Assembly (NCBI GenBank): GCA_963727505.1
Contig: CAVSGP010000004.1
Coordinates: 544,001 to 608,000 of the forward strand
Direction: 5' to 3'
Source of the DNA: an uncultured Trueperaceae bacterium
GTDB lineage: Bacteria > Deinococcota > Deinococci > Deinococcales > Trueperaceae
Length of the DNA: 64,000 bases
The notes beneath the pieces are model-generated. The model saw only the letters and a program-made list of their open reading frames with translations. It did no database searches and was not told the origin of the DNA. Within the stretch, counting starts at the first letter, position 1. Each line of letters opens with the position of its first letter. A program made the translations under genes and the position numbers. Below, in pieces: positions 9,932 to 19,048 of the stretch.

Positions 9932-10743
9932 TGCAACGGCGGCTCAATCTCGCGCTGGGAGCCATTCTAATCGGGCTCGTCGTGGTGGCCGCGCTCGTGA
10001 GCTTCGTGTGGTTGCCTTTCGATCCCAACGCCCTCGACTTCGCCGCGCAGCTGAAGGGGCCCTCCGCGCACCACTGGCTGGGGACCGACCAGTTCGGACG
10101 CGACCTCTTCAGCCGCGTGCTCGTAGGCGCCCGGGGGACGCTCTACGTCGGCGTCATCGCGGTGGGACTCGCGCTCACCATCGGTGGGTTGCTGGGAGCC
10201 GTCGCCGGCTACGCCGGGTCGCTCATCGACGAACTCCTCATGCGTTTGGTGGACGTCCTCTACGCTTTCCCCGCCATCCTTATGGCACTGCTGCTTGCCG
10301 CTGTCTATCAGCCGGGTACGTTGACCGCCATGAGTGCCATCGGTCTGGCCACCGTGCCGATCTTCGCGCGCCTCACGCGCTCCTCCGTGCTCTCGCTCAA
10401 ACAGCGGGACTACGTGGAGGCAGGCCGCGCGCTGGGCGCCGGCCACAGCCGCTTGTTGCGGCGCTACATCCTGCCAGGAGCCCTCGGGCCGCTCGTGGTG
10501 CAGGCGAGCCTCAGTATGGCCGTAGCGGTGCTGGCCGAGGCGGCTCTCAGTTTCCTGGGGCTGGGCACGCCCCCCGGCGTGCCGTCGTGGGGCAACATGC
10601 TCAGGGAAGCGCAGGGCTTCCTGGCCATGAGCCCGTATCCGGCGCTGGCGCCGGGTCTTGCCATCGTCTGGACGGTGCTGGGGTGGAGTCTTCTAGGAGA
10701 CGGGCTTCGCGACCTTGCCGATCCCCGCAGCCGCCGCAGATGA
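9928..10743 (+). CDS. Peptide ABC transporter permease (DppC/OppC-like)
   Basis: 'HWLGTDQFGRDLFSR', 'YVEAGRALGA', 'LSFLGLG', 'GDGLRD'. Confidence 0.93.
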   Translation: MMQRRLNLALGAILIGLVVVAALVSFVWLPFDPNALDFAAQLKGPSAHHWLGTDQFGRDLFSRVLVGARGTLYVGVIAVGLALTIGGLLGAVAGYAGSLIDELLMRLVDVLYAFPAILMALLLAAVYQPGTLTAMSAIGLATVPIFARLTRSSVLSLKQRDYVEAGRALGAGHSRLLRRYILPGALGPLVVQASLSMAVAVLAEAALSFLGLGTPPGVPSWGNMLREAQGFLAMSPYPALAPGLAIVWTVLGWSLLGDGLRDLADPRSRRR

Positions 10744-10992
10744 GAGCCCCGCACGTGACGCCCGCTCTCGTTCCAACCGCTTGCGCGAGCACGCCCTAAG
10801 CAGGTAGGTAGGGTAGCCCGGCTCCTCCCCCGTCCGACCGAGTCGGAACTGGAAAGGCCTCTCCCACGTGCGCCCTGTCTCGATCGGCGTCTGCGCGCGG
10901 TGGTTGTGCGCCCCTCGGCGGCAACCAAGGCGCAACCCGCCTCTGTCCACTATGAGACTCCCGCAAAGGGAATCGTGTGGAGGAGGTAGAGC

Positions 10993-11532
10993 ATGTCCAG
11001 GAAGAAGATTGGCGTGAGGCTCAAGCTGGCTCATGAAACGTTCGGGAGCCTTGTCGATGAGGTGCTGGCACGCTCCGGCCTCTCGACGCCCGACCCGTCC
11101 TCTGGAGGCGTTGCCGAGATCATCCTCGACTACCCCCTCGCCTGGGCCTTCGGGCAACTCGACACGATGAACAGCATCGAGCGCGCACGCACGCTGGTCG
11201 TCACGCAGTCGAATCACCCGGCCTACCACGACTGCCTGGCGAGCTACCACGTCAGCGGCGTGGTCGAATCGACCAACGAGCCTGCACTCCTGAGCGGGGT
11301 GTACGCCGCGGCCGCGTCCCAGCGCACCTATCAGTGGAAGTCCGGGCTCACATACATGGAGCTCCGGGTGACGCGGCTGCTGCTCAAGGGGTTCGATACC
11401 GGTCGGGCGGCCGCTCAGCTCAGCATCTCATTCAAGACCGTCAACGCCCACGTCTCCAATGTCCTGGGCAAACTCGGCTTCGACAACCGCGCTCAGCTCG
11501 TTGCAGGCTTGCTGAGCCATCACCAGGCCTGA
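10993..11532 (+). CDS. LuxR-family HTH transcriptional regulator with a degenerate receiver-like N-terminus
   Basis: C-terminal 'LTYMELRV...AAAQLSISFKTVNAHVSNVLGKLG..NRAQL'. SD GGAGG. Confidence 0.85.
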   Translation: MSRKKIGVRLKLAHETFGSLVDEVLARSGLSTPDPSSGGVAEIILDYPLAWAFGQLDTMNSIERARTLVVTQSNHPAYHDCLASYHVSGVVESTNEPALLSGVYAAAASQRTYQWKSGLTYMELRVTRLLLKGFDTGRAAAQLSISFKTVNAHVSNVLGKLGFDNRAQLVAGLLSHHQA

Positions 11533-11558
11533 CCCCTAGGGGTCTCCCCCATCTCGCC

Positions 11559-11594
11559 AAGGGCGCCGTTCCATCTCCTTGGAACGGCGCCCTT
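11559..11594. terminator. Hairpin between the convergent luxR and TPR regulator genes (probable bidirectional terminator)
   Basis: Perfect 15-bp inverted repeat AAGGGCGCCGTTCCA-tctcct-TGGAACGGCGCCCTT. Confidence 0.75.
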
Positions 11595-11653
11595 CCTGCG
11601 AACCCGCTGACGTTCATCTCGCTCCTGCCGAGCGGCGCCTTCGCGAAGTGGGC

Positions 11654-14129
11654 CTACGACGTCTCGGTGCGCCAGCGCTTACGTATACGCCGGATGCGCG
11701 CGTTCGCCAACGGCCGGCGAGGATCGTTCGGGGGTAGGTGCCGCCGCGTTTCCTCCCATAGCTCCAGGTCGTCCCCCTGCTGATTGGCCAGGTCGATCAT
11801 GGCATCGGCGTCGCCCGACGCAAGCACCGCCTGCCGGAGACTCTCCTCGAGGTGCTCGCGCAGCTCGACGACGGTCGGCGCCTCGGACTCCGGCAGGAGG
11901 GGGCCGCGATAGAGCTCCAAGGCCGCTTGCACCTTGCCTTCGTGCAACAACTCGAGCACCTTCACGAAGTCGGCCTCGTACGCCTCGGCGATGTGATACG
12001 GAAGCGGTTCGATCGGGATCACCTTGCGCGCACGCGAGATCGTTGCCTTCAGCGTGCTCTTGTTCGCGCGGTCCCCATAGAGCGCCAACGCGAGTTGTTC
12101 GCCCCGGATCCCCTCACGGTTTGCAGCCAGTACCGCGATCAACTCCGCGAACCGCAGGCTGAGCGTCGTCTCACCGTCATTGCCCCACAACGACCGCTTG
12201 CCCAGGAGCCGAATCTTCAGCTTGGGCTCGTCGTTCCTGAACAGCGCCTTCAACTGCACGACTTCGGGCCCGTCACCCCCGAGGAGTAACCAACCCGAGT
12301 CCCCAAGGTCCTTTAGAAAGCGAGCGTTACGTTCCATGAGGGCGTGGGCTTCGTCGGGGCGCCCCTCACGCAGGAAGTGGCAACCAAGATGGATCAACGC
12401 CTGAGCTGCGTAGGCGCCGAAGGGCTTCGAGATGAATTCGTCTGCAGCCTTCTGAAGGAGCGCTTCACCGTCACTCCTGCCCGTTGCCGCTAGAGCACAG
12501 CCAAGTGCCAGTCTGGCCACTCGTTCGTGAGCCGGGGACACCTCTCGCGACATCTCCATCGCCTCCGCAGCGACCTCGACCGCTCTACGCCGCATCCCGA
12601 GAACACCGTAGATTCGAACGAGATCGTTTGCAACCGTCGGAAGCTGAGATCGTGACGCATTCGCTGCAACCAGTTCGTAATAGTGCTTTGCCTCCTCCAC
12701 GTCACCAGCAACCAACGCGAAGTCGCCAAGCGTAGACAGAATCCCCTCTGTCGTCGGTGTTCCGACAAGAGACTTTCGGAATCTGAACTGTCGCGAGGGC
12801 CTGCTCTGCGCTGGCCACAGCGCCGGTCAGCAAGCGAGTGTATGCGGCGAAGTTGACAAGCGTGAGGCGAAGAAGCTCCTCTCTGAGACCGACCGTGTGA
12901 AACTGCCTCAACGCCCATCCTGCCCAGTGCTGCGCACGGCCATAATCTCCAGCTGACAAGTGAGCCAGCGCCATGTCACCTGCTACAGAAACCACGAGCC
13001 TTGGTCGACCAGCACGCTCGCCGTACTCCATGGCTTCTCTGAGAGCCTCAATTGCCGCAGGAATCTGACCGTCGAGAGTGAGTAGGAAACCGAGTGCCGC
13101 CGCGGTTACTGCATTGGGGCGTGCATGGTAGGCCCGCTCAGCCTCAGCGATGGAGCCCGAACGGACATCGATCGTTGCACGAAGCGCCCTAACATTTGGG
13201 GCCTCATGACGTTCCAGGTAGCGATCGACCAATGGCATTAGTGACCGCCAGCGGTTGACTGTTACCGCGGAACTGAACTGCCAGTAAACGACCTTCTCGT
13301 CACGCAAGAGCCAGCTTGGTAGCCCCGATATCGTCCTCCAAAACCGTTCGAACTGGCCAGTGTCAAAGAGGATGTTGCCCGCCTCTTCGACCATCTCTGG
13401 CACTCTCGTTGGAGCATGCCTTGCCGCCAATTCAAAGGCCTCCACCCACTTGCCATTCCTAATTAGCGCATCTACGCCCACACCCGCGTCCCTGGCCGAG
13501 AGTGCACGCACGGCAAGACCCAACTCCTTGGGATCTTCGGGGTCTTCTGGCCAAGCCAGCCCGAGAGCTCGTTCGACCAGAGCAATTGCCCCTCCGGTCT
13601 TCCAAACTGCTGAAACAATAATGCTCTCTTCACACTCGTCCCCGTAGAGATCAAGAGCCTCTTCCCGTGTCAACGCCAGATCGGAAGTCCCAACGGACTT
13701 CCATCCATCGCGCGATTCAAACTCTCCTGAATCGCAGGCGGCCTGCTGAACTAGGAGGTTCGGCGCCCGAACCACGGATGCAATCTCGCTCGCCCATTGC
13801 GGACACTTGTGTGCTTGCGTCAATACGAACGTAATTGGCTCAAGGGAAGGCAGATACGACTCAAGTACGCTCAGGCCATAGGAACCATCTGCACCGGTGC
13901 CGAACAATGGTGCGCCCAAGCCAAACCTGACCGCCTCCGATAACGCATCACCGACGGCAACATCGTCAGAACAATCGACCGCCTCTAGATCCATCCAGAT
14001 TAGTGGCTGTTCCGGCTGGCGTAGGCTTGCAATGACCCTGTTCAATCCCCAATCTTCGTCTGCCAAGACGGCTACAGGCGAGCCTGGCTCCGAGATCATC
14101 GCGCGGACACGGTCGATCCAAGCGTTCAT
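11654..14129 (-). pseudogene. MalT-like (degenerate STAND)-TPR-wHTH/BTAD transcriptional regulator, ~824 aa if one +1 frameshift near 12775 is removed (pseudogene or sequencing error)
   Basis: ORFs 12702-14141 and 11654-12715 join in frame (…QIPKSLVGTPTTEGILSTLGDFALVAGDVEE…) when one base is removed. MalT-like 'DLALTREEA'; SARP-like 'KIRLLG…ELIAVLA…ALELYRGPLLP'. SD GGAGG before ATG 14129. Confidence 0.75.
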
Positions 14130-14210
14130 GACCTCCTCCATGCCCAGTCTTCCAAGGAAGCCGAATCCGAATGGCGAAGCTCAACTGCTGCCGACTTATG
14201 CTTGGCTGAC

Positions 14211-15392
14211 ATGGAGCTCTCCTCACGCGCGATTGCTCGTAGAGCAAAGACGTTCCTCCGAAACCACGAACTTGGAATATTCGTGCCGGTCTTGCCTGGC
14301 CTGGAGCAGACGGCACTGGATGAAATCGAGGCGCTTGGCCACAATGCAATAAGAACCACTGGCGGAGTATCGCTCAGAGGCAGTCTCGCAACGGTATACG
14401 CAACCAATCTAATGCATCGGACTGGCAACCGGGTTCTCATACGCATCGACAGCTTCCTTGCTCAGAGCTACCCTATGCTCTACGATCACACAAAGAAACT
14501 CCCTTGGGAGATACTTCTAGGCAACTGCCCATATGTTGAGGTGAAGGTTGCCTTCGCACAGTCGCGGTTGCGAAACAAGAGTCACATCCGAGCTGTTGTC
14601 AGAGACGCCATTATTGACCGTTGCAAGCCTCTCGGGCTAGGTCCAGGGTTTGCGACACCAACCGGGGTCACGATCTTCCTACGACTTCATCAGGATAGGT
14701 GCACCATTAGCCTCGACTCGACTGGCACACATCTGCATAAGCGGGGATACCGAGTTGAGGAAGTCGCTGCACCAATTCGCGAGACGACGGCAGCAGGCAT
14801 CCTTTCGCTGGCAGATGCAAGCTCATACCAGGCAATCGTTGATCCATTTTGCGGATCAGGGACATTCTGCATCGAAGCAGAGATGCTTGTTCGAAGGGTC
14901 GCTCCGGGGCTGAAGCGTTCTTTTGCAATTGAACGCACACCGCTTCATTCGGCAGGGACCTATTCTCAAGTGCGGCGGGAAGTAGCTTCTCGCGAAATGC
15001 GTGCGCTCGGAGTTCGCATTCTGGGTAGCGACATTGAACCAAGAGCCGTGGAGTCCGCACATGCTGGACTTGCCCGTGCCAAGTGTTCTATCGCAAGGTT
15101 CCGCGTGTCAGACGCCTTGAACATCAATTTCCAATCGCTCAAGACGACAAGTGAACGAGGGCTGATTGTCGCCAACTTGCCATATGGGAGAAGACTTTCC
15201 ACACCAGCCGAGGTGCAGACCATGCTTGTCGAGTTCAAGGACCATTTGCTGACTCGCGGTGCGGGATGGGACTTTGCTCTCGTCACCGCTCACCCGGACA
15301 TCTTCGCGAACTCAGCACTCATGGTGAAGAGGCAAGTTGGATTCACCAATGGCGGATTGAGGGTGGTGGCGCTGTTGGGTGCTGTGCCTTAG
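14211..15392 (+). CDS. THUMP-domain class I SAM-dependent RNA methyltransferase (RlmL/YpsC-like)
   Basis: 'PGLE', 'ISLDSTG..LHKRGYR', 'APIRETTAAG', 'DPFCGSGT', 'ANLPYG'. Confidence 0.88.
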   Translation: MELSSRAIARRAKTFLRNHELGIFVPVLPGLEQTALDEIEALGHNAIRTTGGVSLRGSLATVYATNLMHRTGNRVLIRIDSFLAQSYPMLYDHTKKLPWEILLGNCPYVEVKVAFAQSRLRNKSHIRAVVRDAIIDRCKPLGLGPGFATPTGVTIFLRLHQDRCTISLDSTGTHLHKRGYRVEEVAAPIRETTAAGILSLADASSYQAIVDPFCGSGTFCIEAEMLVRRVAPGLKRSFAIERTPLHSAGTYSQVRREVASREMRALGVRILGSDIEPRAVESAHAGLARAKCSIARFRVSDALNINFQSLKTTSERGLIVANLPYGRRLSTPAEVQTMLVEFKDHLLTRGAGWDFALVTAHPDIFANSALMVKRQVGFTNGGLRVVALLGAVP

Positions 15393-15460
15393 GTCAGAAG
15401 CCGGTTGACGGCGAGCTCTGGCTCTCTCGCAACCTCCCGTCGAACTGTTGTGAACCGTCG

Positions 15461-16549
15461 TCAAGTGCGGTGATAGACAAGAAGTCCTTCAGCGGCGTTC
15501 GCTTCGTGCGTACCAAAGAAGGACGGGCTTCCAGCGCATTCGATCTTTCCGAGGAAATAGAGTCGCTCAAACTCGGCAACAAGCTCGGGATCAAACTGTG
15601 TCCTTGAGCCGTTGCGGACATATTGCAGTGCCTGCCTGGCGGGCATCGGGCTTCGATATGGGCGTTCACTAGTGAGCGCCTCAAATACGTCAACAATCGC
15701 AATTACGCGCGCAAGACGTGGTATCTCCTCCCCTTTGAAGCCAAGCGGGTACCCTAGGCCATCCCACCGTTCGTGGTGAGCACGAACGACATCTGCGATA
15801 GGACGAAATGTGACGGACACTGATGCAAGTAAGTCTGCCCCATATGAGGGATGCCGGCGAATCTCAGCGAACTCGTCCTCGGTCAGTCGGCCACTCTTCA
15901 GAAGGATATATTCGGGAACCGCTATCTTGCCCAGATCATGCAGTCTCGCTGCCCAATAGAGCACGGTCGTCTCTCTTGACGAAATGCCAAGCGCGTGTCC
16001 CATAACGAGCGCATTGCGTGCAACGCGCTCGCAGTGCCCTTGGGTGTGGTGGTCCCGAACCTCAACAGTGTTTGCAAGACTTGCAAGAACTCGTTGATAT
16101 CCTTCGAATTCTGCAACGCCACTTGCGCTCCTTCCCTGATGGCTTGGAGGCACATGTGCACGGGATACTAGCACTGTGGACATGCCTGCGAAGGTAGCGA
16201 ATACGGCACCCTGAAAAGCCCACCACCCAGTACCAGCGAAGGAATCCTGAATCTTCAATAACTGGTGCACTGCGATGGGAGAAACTAGCGCAATTGCGAC
16301 AACACTCGTGGCAAGGGCGCCAAGGACGCCGCCCCAGGCCGCGCCTACCAAAATCGGAAACAACATCGTCTCCGCCATCGCGGCATAACCAAACTCGATC
16401 CCCACGGCCCTGGTTGCAACCAGGAGGATGGCCGGCGCAAGGACGGCGAATGCTATGGCAGCTGAACGAATGCTTGGAAAGCCCGGCTCACGCGACCTCG
16501 TGCCTTGCAGGCGTAGATGCGAAGCCAATCGCCAGAGCGCGCCCCTCAT
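15461..16549 (-). CDS. Membrane-anchored HD-GYP domain protein (putative cyclic-dinucleotide phosphodiesterase); start uncertain
   Basis: 'HDLGK', 'HHERWDGLGYP', 'DVFEALTSERPYR', 'QFDP'; about four N-terminal hydrophobic segments. Confidence 0.88.
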   Translation of the reverse strand: MRGALWRLASHLRLQGTRSREPGFPSIRSAAIAFAVLAPAILLVATRAVGIEFGYAAMAETMLFPILVGAAWGGVLGALATSVVAIALVSPIAVHQLLKIQDSFAGTGWWAFQGAVFATFAGMSTVLVSRAHVPPSHQGRSASGVAEFEGYQRVLASLANTVEVRDHHTQGHCERVARNALVMGHALGISSRETTVLYWAARLHDLGKIAVPEYILLKSGRLTEDEFAEIRRHPSYGADLLASVSVTFRPIADVVRAHHERWDGLGYPLGFKGEEIPRLARVIAIVDVFEALTSERPYRSPMPARQALQYVRNGSRTQFDPELVAEFERLYFLGKIECAGSPSFFGTHEANAAEGLLVYHRT

Positions 16550-16662
16550 TGACTGTCCACCCCTCTGGGTACGCAAACACAGCGTGGTGAGGCGATAATC
16601 TGAGTTGAGCGCGACAAAGAAAAGCCCACGACATACGCCTCCTCTCGGCGTAGTCATAGACT

Positions 16663-16700
16663 AAAAGGCCGGCGCTTATGGACCACATAAACGCCGGCCT
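16663..16700 (-). terminator. Intrinsic terminator downstream of the small peptide gene
   Basis: Minus strand AGGCCGGCGTTTATG-tggtc-CATAAGCGCCGGCCT followed by TTT. Confidence 0.8.
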
Positions 16701-16779
16701 AGACAGACAAACTCTCAGTCATCTTGTGTCACTACATTATGACTCCGATGTAGCGATACCTAACGCCAGAAGACCGCCT

Positions 16780-16881
16780 TCAGCGTTGCGAGAAGTGCGA
16801 ACCTGCAGAGACAATTGCGGGCAAGCTGGCGACGAGTGCAAACACGATAGCCATGAAGATGCGCTTCCCTGTATTCTTCAT
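16780..16881 (-). CDS. Small secreted-type peptide (33 aa) MKNTGKRIFMAIVFALVASLPAIVSAGSHFSQR; below the ORF-track cutoff
   Basis: Strong SD (GGGAGGATGGGAGAAAT-ATG). Basic n-region, hydrophobic h-region and V-S-A cleavage motif. Has its own promoter and terminator. Confidence 0.65.
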   Translation of the reverse strand: MKNTGKRIFMAIVFALVASLPAIVSAGSHFSQR

Positions 16882-17127
16882 ATTTCTCCCATCCTCCCGA
16901 AACCCGTTTGCCGGGTAACGACATCTCTTCATCCACGGTCTCCCATACCGAGGATGCGCTTCTCAGGTCTCCCAACCTTGAAGCATTCTTCTGAGTCCAT
17001 CGGACTCAACGACTTGGAGCTGTTGGGGTTCTGTGGTCCAGACTCTCCCTGACTCAGCTCCCATCTCTTCCAACACCCGGGAAATCCCGGTAACCGATCA
17101 GGCCTCCCAACCAAATCGATTGGCGTT

Positions 17128-17156
17128 AGTGTACACACGACAGTGGCCTTCGTCAA
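17128..17156 (-). promoter_or_regulatory. Sigma70/SigA-type promoter for the peptide transcript
   Basis: Minus strand TTGACG-N17-TACACT. Confidence 0.75.
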
Positions 17157-17333
17157 GGGAAATCTAGCACTTCACGTGAACGTGTGTTTGCGTATATATG
17201 CTGTCCCCAACAGTGCGGGGCACTTCTGACTGTGGCGTACTTCGTCTAGTGGCCTCGGGGCCGTGTAATAGAATCTAGTGCACAGGAACTGTGCTGGGTA
17301 GGAGGATACCGGCAAATACCGCCGCAGCGATCA

Positions 17334-19005
17334 ATGACGAAAGAAGTCGAGCAGCTCGTTCGCGAAAAGTATCCTGGCGTCCAACTCGATAGTGACGTCC
17401 AAGCATGGGCGTTCCTTGAGGAGTTCGACAAGGGTGTAGAAGCGTACTCCAAGAAGGTCAACCCTACGCCCGCAGATGATCGATGGGTAGGCGTATGTCT
17501 ATTTCAGTTGGTGCGTGACTTGGAGGCGCTGGAAGCACTCTACCGGGCGTTGAACCGGGGTGAGCCGGCTGCTCGCGTAAACATCGCCCATGTGCTCAGA
17601 TTTGTGGAGCGCGCAGAAGACGCATCCGAAGAACTGAGCAAGGTGAAGCCCGAGCAATTCTCGTCTTCATATGACCAAGTCCTGTATTTCAGGGTGTTGA
17701 GCATACACGAGGAAAACAATGGCAACCTAAGGGAGGCACTTAGGTCTGCCGAGGAAGCGTGGCGCCGAATTCAGGGCATACCGGAGTTTGGGCTTCTTGC
17801 CCCCCCCATCCTTGCCCAGCTTGCGACACTTCACGGCAGAATTGGTAGGTCGCAACGAGCGCTCTGGTTCCTCGAACGGGGACTACAACTTACGTCTGGT
17901 GCCGAGCTTCGAAAGCTCCAGCTAAGGCGCGCTTACGTCCTGATCAGTCTCGGCCGTTACCAGGAAGCACAATCTGAACTCGAAGCCCTGGACTTGGCGC
18001 ACGCTCCAGATATCTTCCAGCCGGAACGTCATTGGCTTCTTGGAGAAGTCGCAAGGTCCAGGGGAAACCTCTCAACGGCAATCCACGAATACGAGCAGGC
18101 AATTGAATTGTCGGTTCAATTGCAGATGGGCTACGAGGAGTTCCTCAGGCCGAATCCCGCTCATGGCCATCCTTGGAAACCAGCGGTGACTTCAGTGCGG
18201 CCGCCGAGCATGCTGCACGTGCCCAGACGCTTATCTCCGACAAGTCTGACAGGCTGGAGTTCCGATTTCGGGAAGTCCTCCTGCTTTACTGGCAAAGCAT
18301 ACACACGAGTGAGCACGCCATCGATAGAACTCGATGCGCTGATTGATGAGCTTGGGGCAATGGGCCTCTTGAAGGAGCAGGGCCACGTCCAACTCCACAA
18401 AGCAGAGATCCTCCGTGTCGCCGGAGGCGCCTTCGAAGTTGAGCTTGATAAGCTTCAGGCACTAAGCGTTACACTTCAGAATCCGGCGTTCCTAGCGCCT
18501 GAATGGTCGCTACTGCATGCGCTTGAGGAAGTTGCCAGGCGAACTCATCCGCGCATTGCCGGTCGAGCGCATAGCGCGCTTCGGATTGCTACGTTGGGCC
18601 AAGAGCTCACTTGAACTAGATTCGAGGCCAGTCAACATCCCACTCCGCAAGGGCGTCGAAGTTCTTGCGTACTTCCTCGAAAACAAGGCCGTCACCCTCA
18701 AACAACTCCTCGCCGAGGTCTTCCCCGACGACAAACCCCGGAGCGCAAAGTCGTACTTCCACCAGTTCCGCCACCAGCTTCGAGAGAATGTGGAGGGGCT
18801 CGAGATCGAATACGACGGAGAGTCCAAGATGTACCGACTCAAGAGCGAGATCGACATCGTTTGGGACGTGTCGGAACTCCGCGCCGGCCGGATCATGGGT
18901 AAGACCGGGCTCTTCTTGCCGAGTTCTGGCAACGACTGGGCGCTCGCCGTCGATCGATCCTTGGATCCCTCCCGGGAGGCGGTCGGAGTCCTCGAGGTGG
19001 TCTGA
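17334..19005 (+). pseudogene. TPR-repeat protein with a C-terminal SARP/OmpR-like winged-helix domain, ~555 aa if four +1 insertions are removed (pseudogene or sequencing errors)
   Basis: TPR-like helices ('LISLGRYQEAQSELE', 'LLGEVARSRGNLSTAIHEYEQAIEL'). Alternative frames restore 'RIPLMAILG' and 'GDFSAAAEHAARAQTL'. C-terminus 'LRIATLG..LELD..EVLAYFLE..LLAEVFPD..FHQFRHQLR'. Confidence 0.72.
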
Positions 19006-19014
19006 AACAGCACC

Positions 19015-19047
19015 GCAGGCGGGCCACCGCCTGTGCTATTCTTGTTT
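19015..19047 (+). terminator. Probable terminator of the TPR-wHTH gene, overlapping an extended -10 (TGcTATTCT, 19034-19042)
   Basis: GCAGGCGG-gcca-CCGCCTGT stem followed by GCTATTCTTGTTT. Confidence 0.5.
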
Positions 19048-19048
19048 C

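Noticed and set aside
16488..16634. 48-aa ORF (MSWAFLCR…) with GGAGG upstream
   Set aside because: It overlaps the HD-GYP start. It may instead be the true HD-GYP start displaced by another +1 insertion; unresolved.
16678..17156. ORF-track entries 16678-17052, 16760-16975 and 16929-17156
   Set aside because: No SD or recognisable features. 16929-17156 starts inside the -35 box, and the 33-aa ORF has much better signals.
16882..17330. c-di-GMP or cobalamin riboswitch upstream of the HD-GYP/peptide genes
   Set aside because: I could not match the conserved cores by eye. An Rfam scan would be needed to exclude it formally.
12300..18650. Prophage, transposon or anti-phage defence island
   Set aside because: No phage, transposase, integrase, nuclease or recognisable defence domains; the content is regulatory.
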